Shown: positions 29,712 to 39,760, counted from the stretch's first letter. The stretch: DNA of 64,000 nt from Cenarchaeum sp. (GCA_963692915.1 OY843584.1:1248001-1312000), one strand, 5' to 3'. Translations and numbers: made by a program. The notes: generated by a model from the letters alone, not told the origin.

Positions 29712-29984
29712 CTCGAGGCCGAATGACTCGGCCATCGAGTGGAACTCGCGGTAGAGCTCGAGGTACTGTATGCCCTTTGGCGTGATCGCAAACGCATGTC
29801 GCCCGTCGCTCTCTATCCTGGCCATGAGGCCGGCGCCGGTGAGGTTGGTCGTCAGCCTTTGGAGTCGCGAGTGCGTAATGTTGGTCTTTATGAGGAGAAG
29901 CGTTGGGGCGATTCCGTCCGAGCCGGACTCCTTGGTCGCGTTGAGCATCGCGGCGATGATCTGCGAGCTGTTGCGATAAGTCAT
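29706..29984 (-). CDS. Winged-helix transcriptional regulator (archaeal ArnR1/HTH_45-like)
   Basis: YRNSSQIIAAML...KTNITHSRL...ITPKGIQYL. Confidence 0.85.
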   Translation of the reverse strand: MTYRNSSQIIAAMLNATKESGSDGIAPTLLLIKTNITHSRLQRLTTNLTGAGLMARIESDGRHAFAITPKGIQYLELYREFHSMAESFGLEL

Positions 29985-30349
29985 TGCCCAGCAGTCGGTA
30001 TAGTACAATATAACGTTATGCGGGGTTTTGCGGCATGGTCTGCGATCATTTTGGCCTTGTGGGGAAGATCCATGACCGTCAGCACGGGGAGGGCAGGTCC
30101 GAGAGTCCCTGCGATCACCGGATATCTCGCAGAGGTCCCTGCGATCATTTTGGCTGCGCTCATGGTCGAACCCCCGGGATCTAGTGCTGGAACGGGCGGG
30201 GTGTGAGTGCGCCCCTGACGGCGCGGGCACGCACCCCACCACAGTCTAGGCACGCAGGCCATCACCACCATTCGGCCTTGCAAAAGTCGACGAACCCACT
30301 CGCGCACGCATTTGCGTGTTAATATATGGAATGTCTGCGCGAGGCGGCC

Positions 30350-30922
30350 ATGGTCGCAGAGCGAATCCCATGGACGAGCGACTTTGTCGGCGTCGCGTAC
30401 CGCTATTATGACCTGCGCATGAACGTCGCGCCGCTCTTTGCGAACCGCAAGGAGGCCGTCGCCGCATGGCATGACACGATACGCTGGTGGATTGATCCGA
30501 CCATACGCGTCAGGTTCATCGAGGCCGGCGACGTCTATTGGTTTGCCATGGGAGCAGACTCGAAAAAGCCAGAGCAGAACGCCTCGTTCTTTAGGACTAT
30601 GCCAATGTCAGAGAACTATGAGAGGTTCAAGCGCGGCTGCGGTGGCGAGGCGTATGTGCGTCTCGGAATGTACGAAAAGAAGTCGCTCTCTGAGTCAAAG
30701 GACGACGACGTCTGCGAGTGCGGCCACGAGGGCGAGGATCACGAGGGCGACTCTTGTCTCATGGACGACTGCAAGTGCGAGTCCTTTGAGACCGTGCGAG
30801 TCACGCTATTGCACAAGAAAAAGACCGTCGGTGATATCGCGTTCCTTGACGTGGAGGCTGCGCGCGAGGACTCGCTTGCGTGGAACTGTATGTGCGCGCA
30901 CCGCCTCGGCGGCGCGTCATGA
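30350..30922 (+). CDS. Hypothetical protein with Cys/His cluster
   Basis: CECGH..EDH...C....CKCESF; TATA element upstream. Confidence 0.8.
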   Translation: MVAERIPWTSDFVGVAYRYYDLRMNVAPLFANRKEAVAAWHDTIRWWIDPTIRVRFIEAGDVYWFAMGADSKKPEQNASFFRTMPMSENYERFKRGCGGEAYVRLGMYEKKSLSESKDDDVCECGHEGEDHEGDSCLMDDCKCESFETVRVTLLHKKKTVGDIAFLDVEAAREDSLAWNCMCAHRLGGAS

Positions 30923-31072
30923 GATGCGCGTGTGCTCGCCCTCATAGTGCTCGCCGATAAGGTACGAATAGCACGCGCCGCACAGCGGGCTGCTGAGGTT
31001 CCATGACTCCATTGGGGCATAGCGCGGGCTCGCCGGCTTTGAGCACCGCGTGCACTTCTCCTTTCTGGCCAA
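30917..31072 (-). CDS. Small zinc-finger protein, not in ORF track
   Basis: Manual translation from TTG: MARKEKCTRCSKPASPRYAPMESWNLSSPLCGACYSYLIGEHYEGEHTRIS. Confidence 0.72.
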   Translation of the reverse strand: MARKEKCTRCSKPASPRYAPMESWNLSSPLCGACYSYLIGEHYEGEHTRIS

Positions 31073-31165
31073 GCGTCAGGGATGCGCGTGTGTTGGTATA
31101 AAAACGGTGACAGATATCCGCACGGTAGCAGAGGGATAAATATGCGGGCGAGGCGGGGCGACCCC

Positions 31166-31987
31166 ATGAAGCGCGTAGCCCTTGTCACCGGATGCTCATC
31201 GGGCATCGGCCTAGAGTCGGCCCTCGCGCTCGCAAGGGAGGGATACGCCGTGCGGGCAGGCGTTCGCGACGAGTCTCGGGCCGGCCCGCTCTCCGAGGCG
31301 GCGGCTGCCGAGTCCCTCGACGTGCGAACCGTTCGCCTTGACGTCGCCGACGGCGAGTCAGTGCGCGAGGCCACCGAGTCGGTTCTCAAGGACGCCGGTG
31401 CCGTCGACGTCCTAGTCAACAACGCCGGCTATGGCCTCTTTGGGTGCGTCGAGGACATCTCGCTTGATGACATGCGCGCACAGTTTGAGACCAACTTTTT
31501 TGGGGCTGTTGCCCTCATACAGCGCCTCGCGCCGTCGATGCGCGCTCGCGGGGCGGGCCGCATAATCAACATCAGTTCCGTGGCCGGCAGGATAGGCTTT
31601 CCATGCTCGCCGGCGTACGTGAGCTCAAAGTTTGCCCTAGAGGGCCTGAGCGAGTGCATGAGGTACGAGCTCGGCCCGCACGGCATTGAGACAGTCATCA
31701 TCGAGCCCGGAGTCATAAAGACGCCGTTCATGGACAACATAGTTGTGCCCGAGTCAGCCGACTCGCCGTACGCCGAGATTACGCAAAAGGTCATCAGTGG
31801 GATCAAGATGATGGCAAGCCTCGGCACGCCGCCATCCGAGGTCGCGCGCACCGTCGTAAAGGCCGCCACCGAAGAGAATCCCCCACCGCGCTATGTCGTC
31901 GGCAATGACGCGAGCATGTTCCTCGAGACACGCGCGTCGATGACTGACGCCGAGTTTGAAGAGTATATCAAAAAAGAGCTCTATTGA
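31166..31987 (+). CDS. Short-chain dehydrogenase/reductase
   Basis: TGCSSGIG, NNAG, YVSSK (YxxxK). Confidence 0.92.
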   Translation: MKRVALVTGCSSGIGLESALALAREGYAVRAGVRDESRAGPLSEAAAAESLDVRTVRLDVADGESVREATESVLKDAGAVDVLVNNAGYGLFGCVEDISLDDMRAQFETNFFGAVALIQRLAPSMRARGAGRIINISSVAGRIGFPCSPAYVSSKFALEGLSECMRYELGPHGIETVIIEPGVIKTPFMDNIVVPESADSPYAEITQKVISGIKMMASLGTPPSEVARTVVKAATEENPPPRYVVGNDASMFLETRASMTDAEFEEYIKKELY

Positions 31988-32111
31988 GGCTGCTCGTCGG
32001 CCGCACTTCGCAAGAGGTTGAGGACGTCGACTTTGACTAGTTGATCAGCTGCGATCCCGTGTTTCTCCTCCAGTATTACTTCAAAGAGCTCTGTTCCTCA
32101 GGCCGACTGAC

Positions 32112-33911
32112 CTATGCAGCGATTGCCGCTGCATCAAGGTCTTTTGTGCGCGTTTCTTCCACAATGGCCTCATCGTGACGTCCGAGGTTGTGCAGTATTG
32201 CGGCCCTGTTTTTGTGCCATACAGAATAGCTAAAATCTATCGAGATCGCGCGGTCTATGGCAACAAGTGCCTCGTCGCTGCGCCCGAGCTCGTGCAAAAG
32301 GACGGCCTTATTGCTATATGCCACATCGCTGTTTGGATTCAGCGAGATCGCGCGGTCTATGGCAACAAGTGCCTCGTCGCTGCGCCCGAGCTCGTTCAAT
32401 AACGTAAACTGATAAGAATATGAATCGGCGTCCGGATTCAGCGAGATCGCGCGGTTTACGGCAACAAGTGCCTCGTCGCTGCGCCCAAGTGAATATAGCG
32501 CAAGCGCTCTGTCCCTGTGCAATACGGCGTTATTTGGTGTCTGTGCGATCATTTTGTCAAGAGCCGTAAGCGCATCGGCATGGCGGTCAAGCAGGTAATT
32601 ATAGATGGATATGGCACCATTGGCATCGTTTGCGCCAACAATGACTGCCGAACCGCTGGCCACAAGGCTGATGTTCAACGAGCCATATGAGATTGAGAAT
32701 CCCTGTGCGCCGTTCTTGTGAACCTTATGACCTAGATCATTTGCCTTTTGAAGGACAACGCCGGGATCAAAGACATAATCCGGCGGCGGCGTTAGCGCAA
32801 ACGTCCGCTTGCCCCTGTTGCGCCCGCAGAGCTCCTCGACTGTCACGCCTCCGAGCTCGTGTACGTGAACGCGCTCCGTGCCACAGACGGTACACTCGTC
32901 GGCGCGAAACGTCCTCGTTGTCGAAAAGTCCATCGTGTCAATGTCAACGTGGAGTAGGCGGCCGGCTAGCGCAGGCTCCTTGCCGGTCAGGAGGCGCGCG
33001 GCCTCAGACGCCTCTATTCCGCCCACGATCGACAGGACTGCGGGGTTTACACCTTCGATGCTGCATGTCGGCATGGCATCCTCGTCGAGCGCGGGGAACA
33101 CGCAGTGATAGCACGCCGTCTTTTCAGGCACTATGGTGAGCGCCTGGCCGCTCACGCCGACGGCAGCGCCGCTGACGAGCGGTATGCCGGCCTCGACGCA
33201 CGCGCGGTTTAGCGCGTATCGCGCATTCACGCTGTCAAGTGCGTCTATAACGACGTCGCAGCCCTCAATGACGCTAGCTGCGTTGGCCGCACTCACCGAG
33301 ACTGCCATCGCCTCGACTGTCACGTCGGCGTTCATGGTGCGCAGTCGCTCGGCGGCGACCTCGACCTTTACCTTTCCCACGTCACCTTCCGTAAAGAGCA
33401 CCTGCCTGTGGAGGTTTGAGAGCTCGATGACATCACGATCGACTAGGCGCACGTGGCCGACGCCCATGCCGACTAGCCGGGCCGCTATCGGGTGACCGAG
33501 GCCGCCGGCGCCGATGATGCACACGCGCGAGGCTCGCAGCTTGAGCTGACCCTCGTAACCAATTCCCTCTAGCATGACCTGGCGCGAGTACCGGTCTAGC
33601 TCGCGGGACGATAGCTCGTCAGAGCCGCCAGCGACGGCCGGCAGGAGATAGACCTCATCACCGTCACTTAGCTTGGTCCCTAGGCCGCCGGAGAACTGGG
33701 CGTTCTTGCCGTTGATGTACATGTTTACAAGCGCGCGTGGCACAGGCTCGGAGGCCTTTGGATCCTCGAGAACCTTGCGCGCAAAGTCCTCGCCCATCTC
33801 GCCTACGGCTGCGCGAAGCGCGTCGCGCAGTGTGGTCGCATCAACCTCTAGCTTTTTCTCGCCGCCGCCGGCATTGAGCACAGAGGGCACGACAAAGCTG
33901 ATCTTGGCCAT
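32112..33911 (-). CDS. MoaD/ThiS ubiquitin-like + MoeB/ThiF E1-like adenylyltransferase fusion with C-terminal TPR extension
   Basis: LPAVAGG, RYSRQV, GAGGLG, SNLHRQ, CYHC, CTVCG; about four TPR-like repeats (LGRSDEAL..IDRAISLNP). Confidence 0.9.
   Translation of the reverse strand: MAKISFVVPSVLNAGGGEKKLEVDATTLRDALRAAVGEMGEDFARKVLEDPKASEPVPRALVNMYINGKNAQFSGGLGTKLSDGDEVYLLPAVAGGSDELSSRELDRYSRQVMLEGIGYEGQLKLRASRVCIIGAGGLGHPIAARLVGMGVGHVRLVDRDVIELSNLHRQVLFTEGDVGKVKVEVAAERLRTMNADVTVEAMAVSVSAANAASVIEGCDVVIDALDSVNARYALNRACVEAGIPLVSGAAVGVSGQALTIVPEKTACYHCVFPALDEDAMPTCSIEGVNPAVLSIVGGIEASEAARLLTGKEPALAGRLLHVDIDTMDFSTTRTFRADECTVCGTERVHVHELGGVTVEELCGRNRGKRTFALTPPPDYVFDPGVVLQKANDLGHKVHKNGAQGFSISYGSLNISLVASGSAVIVGANDANGAISIYNYLLDRHADALTALDKMIAQTPNNAVLHRDRALALYSLGRSDEALVAVNRAISLNPDADSYSYQFTLLNELGRSDEALVAIDRAISLNPNSDVAYSNKAVLLHELGRSDEALVAIDRAISIDFSYSVWHKNRAAILHNLGRHDEAIVEETRTKDLDAAAIAA
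32241..32490. repeat. Three near-identical ~50-bp units (period 102/99 bp) encoding TPRs
   Basis: CGAGATCGCGCGGT..GGCAACAAGTGCCTCGTCGCTGCGCCC at 32241, 32343 and 32442. Confidence 0.85.
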
Positions 33912-35129
33912 CTAGCGTGCCACCGCCTCCATAACCGGCACGGGCGCCGGCGCCTTTAGTAGCGGTGAGAGCGGCTCGATGGCCTTTAGCCCGTTGCCAG
34001 TCACATAACACACGACAGTCTCGTCGCGCTCGACTAGGCCCGACTCGACCATCTTTTTGAGGACCGCGACAGACACGCCGCCGGCCGGCTCGGTGAATAT
34101 GCCCTCGGTCCGCGCGAGGAGGAGTATGGCATCAAGTATCTCGGCGTCGCCGGCCTCCTCGGCGGTGCCCGAGCTCGCCTTTAGCCTGCGCACGACGTAC
34201 GGGCCGTCGCCGGGGTCGCCGATCGCCAGGCTCTTGGCGACGGTCTCTGGCCTCTCAACGGGCACCACACGGCCACCGTTGCGAAACGCCGAGACGACTG
34301 GCGCGCACCCCGTCGGTTGGGCCGCATCGACCTTCATGCCAGAGATCTCGCCGACGAGCGAGTGCTCGTGGAGCTCCTCAAAGCCCTTGCATATCGCGTT
34401 GAGCATCGCGCCGCTGCCAACGGGCACGACGAGGCGGTCGGGAACCTCCCAGCCGAGCTGCTCGGCGGCCTCGTAGGCCAGCGTCTTTGAGCCCTCGACA
34501 TAGTATGACCTCATGTTGATGTTGACGATGCCGTGACCCTCGCGATCACCGGCGCGCGCGGCCATCCTGTTGGCATCATCATACGTGCCGTCAACTGAGA
34601 CGAGCTCGGCGCCGTACGAGAGGGCCTGGACGACCTTTGGCGGCTCGATCTCGGCCGGGGCCCAGACCCTGCAGCGCAGACCAGCGGCGGCCGCATGGGC
34701 CGCAGTTGCCGAGGCTAGGTTGCCTGTTGACGCGCAGCCGACTGCAGGTAGTCCGAGCTCGACGGATTTTGAGACTGCAACGCCGGCGGGCCTGTCCTTG
34801 AACGAGAATGTTGGGTTCATCGAGTCGTTCTTTATGTAGAGGCGATCCAGGCCGATGGCCTCGCCGAGCCTCTTTGCGTGCGTGAGTGGCGTCATGCCGG
34901 CTCCAATGCTGATGATGTTTGACTTTGACATGACGGGGAGCAGCTCGGCGTAGCGCCAGTACGTCGGCTCGCGCGACGCGATGGCCTCGCGCGAGACTGT
35001 CACGCCGCTGTATTTCACGTCTAGTGGCCCAAAGCACGCGTCACACACGTAGCGGAACGTCGGCTCGTGCTCGGCTCCGCACTCGCGGCACACGAGCGAT
35101 ATTGCCCTCTCCATGGCTGCCTTTTTCAT
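33912..35129 (-). CDS. thrC: Threonine synthase (PLP fold II)
   Basis: NPTFSFKDR, ASTGNL, EGSKT, VPVGSG, EPAGG, TGNGLK. Confidence 0.88.
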   Translation of the reverse strand: MKKAAMERAISLVCRECGAEHEPTFRYVCDACFGPLDVKYSGVTVSREAIASREPTYWRYAELLPVMSKSNIISIGAGMTPLTHAKRLGEAIGLDRLYIKNDSMNPTFSFKDRPAGVAVSKSVELGLPAVGCASTGNLASATAAHAAAAGLRCRVWAPAEIEPPKVVQALSYGAELVSVDGTYDDANRMAARAGDREGHGIVNINMRSYYVEGSKTLAYEAAEQLGWEVPDRLVVPVGSGAMLNAICKGFEELHEHSLVGEISGMKVDAAQPTGCAPVVSAFRNGGRVVPVERPETVAKSLAIGDPGDGPYVVRRLKASSGTAEEAGDAEILDAILLLARTEGIFTEPAGGVSVAVLKKMVESGLVERDETVVCYVTGNGLKAIEPLSPLLKAPAPVPVMEAVAR

Positions 35130-35190
35130 GCGTGAACCTCTTAAAAGACGCTAATATCAAGTTTAGTGTCACTTAACAGGCACGCGTGCG

Positions 35191-35838
35191 CTATACGGCC
35201 GCAGACGCGGCCCCGTCGACTGTTATAGTCTGCCCCGAGAGATACTTTACTCGGTTCTCGACGATCCCGCGCACAAAGCCTCCAATCTCGGTGGGCTCGC
35301 CGACGCGACCGGCAGGCAGATCCTTTGCATATGTGTCCACGTCACCGACGAGCTCGCGCAAGCGATCCGTGTTGATCGGTCCGGGCGCAATGTTGATCAC
35401 GCTGACCTGTCTCTTTGCGAGTGTCCTGCTCAAAACCTTTAGCACGCTAGAGAGCGCTGATCTGTACGCGCCAGACATGACAAGCCTCTCGGAGGGCTCG
35501 CGCACAACGCTAGAGCTTATGAGAAATATGTACCCACCGTCGCGAATGCGCACCTCCTTGAGCAGGACGCACATTCCCAAAAAGAGCTGGTTGTGGTACT
35601 TTTGCCATTCGTCGACTGCAATGTCGGCGAACTCTTTTGGCGGTGGGCCGCCCGTGTTGAGAACAAGTATGTCAGTATCAGAGTGCGAGCGCGCAAACGC
35701 CATAACGCTGTCGAGATCAGACGTGTCAATCTCATTCCTTGATGTCGCCGTGACGGCATATCCGGCCGCTTCTAGCGACTCGGCAATTGCGCGACCAATC
35801 CCGCGTGAGCCACCAATGACGATCGCCTCGCCGGCCAT
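35191..35838 (-). CDS. Short-chain dehydrogenase/reductase (atypical)
   Basis: GGSRGIG, NTGGP, PGPINTDR, SGQTITVDG. Confidence 0.85.
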   Translation of the reverse strand: MAGEAIVIGGSRGIGRAIAESLEAAGYAVTATSRNEIDTSDLDSVMAFARSHSDTDILVLNTGGPPPKEFADIAVDEWQKYHNQLFLGMCVLLKEVRIRDGGYIFLISSSVVREPSERLVMSGAYRSALSSVLKVLSRTLAKRQVSVINIAPGPINTDRLRELVGDVDTYAKDLPAGRVGEPTEIGGFVRGIVENRVKYLSGQTITVDGAASAAV

Positions 35839-35841
35839 GCG

Positions 35842-36090
35842 CTATTCCCTCGCGAGCTCCGTTATCTCTGTCACTGTCCCCTTTACGGAGTCCATGCGGA
35901 CAACTGCGCGGCCATCGCCCCAGCCGAGCGCGACGTACCAGTCTCCCGAGTCATCATGGTATTTCGTCTCTAGCGTCTTTACGGATGCCGGCTCGACGCC
36001 CTCGCGGCGCGCTATGGCCGAGACGGCAAGCGAGACGGCATCTGACTCTTTCTCGAGGCGACGCTTCATGAGCCCTATTCCCGGTGCCAT
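35842..36090 (-). CDS. Small hypothetical protein
   Basis: MAPGIGLMKRRLE..; co-oriented with and tightly spaced to the SDR gene. Confidence 0.7.
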   Translation of the reverse strand: MAPGIGLMKRRLEKESDAVSLAVSAIARREGVEPASVKTLETKYHDDSGDWYVALGWGDGRAVVRMDSVKGTVTEITELARE

Positions 36091-36177
36091 GGAATGCGGC
36101 GCCAAGGGGGTCGTATATACACCTTGAAGGCGTGCGTAGATGCGCCTTTATATGATGAATTTTGGGGGGGTGCGCCA

Positions 36178-36774
36178 ATGCTCGGGACGCTCCACAGGAT
36201 TCTCGCCGCGCGGCCACGCGCGCACTCGCTGCTCGGCGCAGCAGCCCTCCTCGCGACGTTTGGTACCTCGCAGACGGTGGCCAGTGGGGTGTGGGATGCG
36301 ATATCGCACATAATGCGCGAGCCAGAGCAGTTTTGGTCCATACAGCACATCGCCGTCTATGCAGGAGTCGCCGCAGTCGCGTGCTCGGCCGGACTTGCAT
36401 ACGCCCTACTCGTGTGGCAGCGCGACTCGCTTTCTGGCCCACAGAGGCGCGCGCTAGCCATAGTCATAGCCGGCGCAATGCTGCAGATAGTCTCCGGATA
36501 TGCCGACTCGGTCTCGCATGACACGTACGGCATCGACGGACTCGTGTCGTGGTCGCACCAGCCCCTTGAGGCCGGCCTCGTGGCAAGCTCGCTTGGAGGC
36601 GTGCTCCTCTTGCGCCATGCCGGCCCGCGCGTGCGTCTCCTGGCTCCCGTCTCGGCAGTGGTCCTCGTCGCCTCCTCGATGTGGCTTGCCTTTAACCTCC
36701 TCCTCGTGCCGGCCGCGACGATGCTCTGCCTTCCGGTCTACAAGGTGTTCCTGTCAGGCTGCGCCGTGATGTAG
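36178..36774 (+). CDS. Multi-pass membrane protein
   Basis: WDAISH..E.FWSIQH, DSVSH...GIDG..SWSH; His-bearing TM helices. Confidence 0.78.
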   Translation: MLGTLHRILAARPRAHSLLGAAALLATFGTSQTVASGVWDAISHIMREPEQFWSIQHIAVYAGVAAVACSAGLAYALLVWQRDSLSGPQRRALAIVIAGAMLQIVSGYADSVSHDTYGIDGLVSWSHQPLEAGLVASSLGGVLLLRHAGPRVRLLAPVSAVVLVASSMWLAFNLLLVPAATMLCLPVYKVFLSGCAVM

Positions 36775-37232
36775 CGCACTATTGTGACGCATGACCACAC
36801 GACAACTGCAACGACACCGATGACGAGTGCGGCTGCCGGATACATTGTCTGCGCAGAGCTTGTCTGGCCAACCTCGAGTGAGACCGTTGATGGGGCAGCC
36901 GAGGCGAGTGTCGCGCGAACAGTGTGCTCACCAGACCTTGTCACCATGAAATAGTCCACAGAGCTCATAGTCGACACAACGTCATCAAAGAGCTCATCAC
37001 CAGTCGGCGAGATGACGGTGATCCTGGCCGCCGTGCGCGGCGAGTCGAGCTTTACCCCAATGAACGCCGTGTCAGTAGCCTCGAGGTTTGCGCGCATCTC
37101 GGCATGGCGACCCTGGCCCAACTGGAATGATCCCAGTGTCGGCTCGCCTGCGCCCATCTGCATGATGGCCACGCCGATGATGCCGGCTGCCATCATGACG
37201 AGTCCCGCATAGAGGAGTGCGCGCATTTGCAT
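36738..37232 (-). CDS. Membrane-anchored hypothetical protein
   Basis: N- and C-terminal TM helices around a beta-rich domain. Confidence 0.7.
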   Translation of the reverse strand: MQMRALLYAGLVMMAAGIIGVAIMQMGAGEPTLGSFQLGQGRHAEMRANLEATDTAFIGVKLDSPRTAARITVISPTGDELFDDVVSTMSSVDYFMVTRSGEHTVRATLASAAPSTVSLEVGQTSSAQTMYPAAALVIGVVAVVVWSCVTIVRYITAQPDRNTL

Positions 37233-37306
37233 GCGGCGCAGGCCCGCAGGCGCACAAATAAACCAAGGGGGCGACGTGTCGTGGCCAGTGCGCCCCAAGG
37301 GGCAGT

Positions 37307-37675
37307 CTAGTGCGGGAGGCTCGTGTCATCAGGGCTCCCCGCCGTTTTGTGGGTGAACCACCCCTCTGGATAGGTTTTGGAGATGGCATGCACGTGCCTG
37401 TGGGAGTAGATTAGGGAGACTGACGGAAACGCGCGCAGGCGCTCCTCACTTGTGAACCTCCGGCCAAGGCGCCTGTCGCACAGGGTGTGCAGCAGGCTCT
37501 CAAAGTAGCCGACAAGATAGGTCGCAACAGAGAGCGACTCGTTGCCGGGCTCGGTGCGTATTGAGAGCGGGCTCGTTGCCCCCCTATCCTTGATCAGGAG
37601 TTCTGCGTGCGAGATCGTGCGCTCAAAGGCGTCACGGACAATGCTGTCAACGGCTTTTTCGTCCTCCAATGACAC
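37307..37675 (-). CDS. Hypothetical protein, paralog of 39255-39623
   Basis: Shares AFxRT, YxVGYFE, HxLC, ER and YPxGW with 39255-39623. Confidence 0.7.
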   Translation of the reverse strand: MSLEDEKAVDSIVRDAFERTISHAELLIKDRGATSPLSIRTEPGNESLSVATYLVGYFESLLHTLCDRRLGRRFTSEERLRAFPSVSLIYSHRHVHAISKTYPEGWFTHKTAGSPDDTSLPH

Positions 37676-37800
37676 CCATACGAGGCAGGTGGCATATATG
37701 TGATAACGCGTCGGTGACCTGCACGCGTGGGGGCCGGACCACAAAACGCACGCCTGACGAAGCGGCAAGTCTTATAGGGCGGCATTGCGCATTCATGCGC

Positions 37801-39180
37801 ATGAGCACAGGGGCGGAGCGTGTCTCGCGCAGGGGCGCCATATGTGGCGAGTTTGACGTGATTGAGAGGGCAGAGAACAGGACGAGGGCCGCAGAGACTG
37901 TGGCCAGCTGCGAGGAAAAGATCAGGCAGAATTCTGCCAACATTGGGGCGCACAGGCTCAAGGCCGCCGCGCTGCATACGCTTGGACGCCGCACTGATGC
38001 CCTCGAAGCCTTTGAGCGCGTGATGGAGCTGGACAGCAGTGACACGATCACGCTTAACAACATGGGAATCATAATGTGCGAGATTGGCCTGCATGGAAAG
38101 GCAGTTGAGGTATTTGGGCGCGCAGCAAAACTGAACCGAGGCGATGCCCAAACGCACATGAACATGGCAATGGCGCTGCACCGCCTGGGGCGCCACGAAG
38201 ACGAGGTCAGGGCAATCAAGCGCGCAATAGATGCAAGTCCCGGCGACCCGCGTGCCCACTTTAACATGGGGCTCGCGCTGGCAGATCTGGGTCGCAACGA
38301 GGAGGCAGCCGACTCATTTGGACGCGCCGCCGAGCTTGATCCCAATGACGCAGTGGCGCACCGAAACAGGGCCGAGCGCCTGATAGAGCTCAGGCGCCAC
38401 GAGGAGGCGCTAAGAGCTCTCAGGGAGGCAACAGCGCAAGATCCCAAAAATGTCAGAGCGCATATGGACATGGCAGGCACGCTGGGAATGCTTGGGCGCC
38501 ACGAGGAGGCGCTAAGGGCGCTCGATCACGTGATCAGCATAGAGCCAGACAATGCGCATGCGCACCTGGGAAGGAGCATTGGGCTGGTGGGGCTCGGGCG
38601 CCATGAGGAGGCGCTAGGGGCGCTTGACCGCACGCTCTCACTAAAGCACAACAATGCGGCGGCGCACCTTAATCGCGGGTATGTCCTGCATATGCTTGGG
38701 CGCCACGAGGAGGCGCTAGGGGCGTTCAAGGAGGCAGCGAGGGGAGATCCCAAGGATCCCAGGCCACACAGGAACATGGCCACCGTGCTAGCAGCACAGG
38801 GGCGGCACAAGGAGGCCGATGAGGAGTTTGATCTTGCAATAGGGCTGGATCCCGGCGAGCCGCGCGCGCATTTTGGCAAGGGCTCGGCACTCTTCAAGCT
38901 TGGATATGCCGCAGGTGCCCTAAAGGCCTTTGAGGAGGCAGCAAGGCTAGAGCCTGACAGCGCCAGGACGCAGCTTGCAATCGGGCACGTCCTGTTGGCA
39001 CTCGGGGATCACGCAATGGCGGGGGATGCCTTTGAGCGTGCCGCAGAGCTGGACTATGACAATGCCGAGACGCAGCTGGAAGTGGGACATGCCCTGGAAA
39101 TTATTGAGCGAGGCAGGAAATCACGCAAAGCCTTTGAGCGCACAGCGGAGCTAGACCCAACAATAAGCGTGCCAGCATAG
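37801..39180 (+). CDS. Tetratricopeptide repeat protein (~12 TPRs)
   Basis: 34-aa repeats AH.N.G..L..LGRHEEAL.A...A..LDP. Confidence 0.92.
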   Translation: MSTGAERVSRRGAICGEFDVIERAENRTRAAETVASCEEKIRQNSANIGAHRLKAAALHTLGRRTDALEAFERVMELDSSDTITLNNMGIIMCEIGLHGKAVEVFGRAAKLNRGDAQTHMNMAMALHRLGRHEDEVRAIKRAIDASPGDPRAHFNMGLALADLGRNEEAADSFGRAAELDPNDAVAHRNRAERLIELRRHEEALRALREATAQDPKNVRAHMDMAGTLGMLGRHEEALRALDHVISIEPDNAHAHLGRSIGLVGLGRHEEALGALDRTLSLKHNNAAAHLNRGYVLHMLGRHEEALGAFKEAARGDPKDPRPHRNMATVLAAQGRHKEADEEFDLAIGLDPGEPRAHFGKGSALFKLGYAAGALKAFEEAARLEPDSARTQLAIGHVLLALGDHAMAGDAFERAAELDYDNAETQLEVGHALEIIERGRKSRKAFERTAELDPTISVPA

Positions 39181-39254
39181 CGGCCGGATCTTGCATGTTT
39201 TGGCCAGGTGCCATGTGCTAGAATTGTAGAGTTGAACCGTTCCAAGTGCCAGAA

Positions 39255-39623
39255 TTACTGAAAACGGCGCGTGTGGGCGAGGCGGACTGGCACATACATG
39301 GCATATGGTGTCCACCCTGACGGATAGTACATCGCCATCGAGTGAATGAGCTCGTCATTTTCTAGAGCGTTTAGAAGCGTGAACGTCGCTTTGCGCTCTT
39401 TTAGCGTTGGAGCCCTGCTAAGATTTTCCATGCACAGATCATGGAATGCGCCCTCAAAATATCCAACAAAATAGTTCAGGATTGCGGTGATTCCAGTGTC
39501 AGGCCCGGCAACCACAAATGATGGCACCGTTGCGTTCTTGCGGCTTCCGAGAAACATTGCCTGTTTCATGGTGCGATCAAAAGCTTCGTGTGCGATATCC
39601 TGGACGCTCTTGCTCGCCGTCAT
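39255..39623 (-). CDS. Hypothetical protein, paralog of 37307-37675
   Basis: Colinear similarity to 37307-37675; AT-richer; TATA-like element near 39648-39656. Confidence 0.7.
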   Translation of the reverse strand: MTASKSVQDIAHEAFDRTMKQAMFLGSRKNATVPSFVVAGPDTGITAILNYFVGYFEGAFHDLCMENLSRAPTLKERKATFTLLNALENDELIHSMAMYYPSGWTPYAMYVPVRLAHTRRFQ

Positions 39624-39760
39624 CAGGACACCACACTCCACACGTGATATATATTTCTAGTTGGCGTCAGCCCCATGGACGGTATGGCCAAATAGACTTA
39701 TTTGGTCAGCGCGTGTACACCCCATGACATGCGCGGGGGGAGCCGGCAGGCCAGCTAAAG

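Larger units (their letters stand above)
29283..30154 (+). repeat. Cluster of five CTGCGATCA motif copies in intergenic DNA
   Basis: Copies at ~29283, 29426, 30039, 30107 and 30137; two extend as GCGATCATTTTGGC. Confidence 0.65.

Noticed and set aside
32241-32490. ~100-bp periodic repeats as a CRISPR or DGR template
   Set aside because: In-frame 33-34 codon period encodes TPRs; no cas or reverse transcriptase gene in the window
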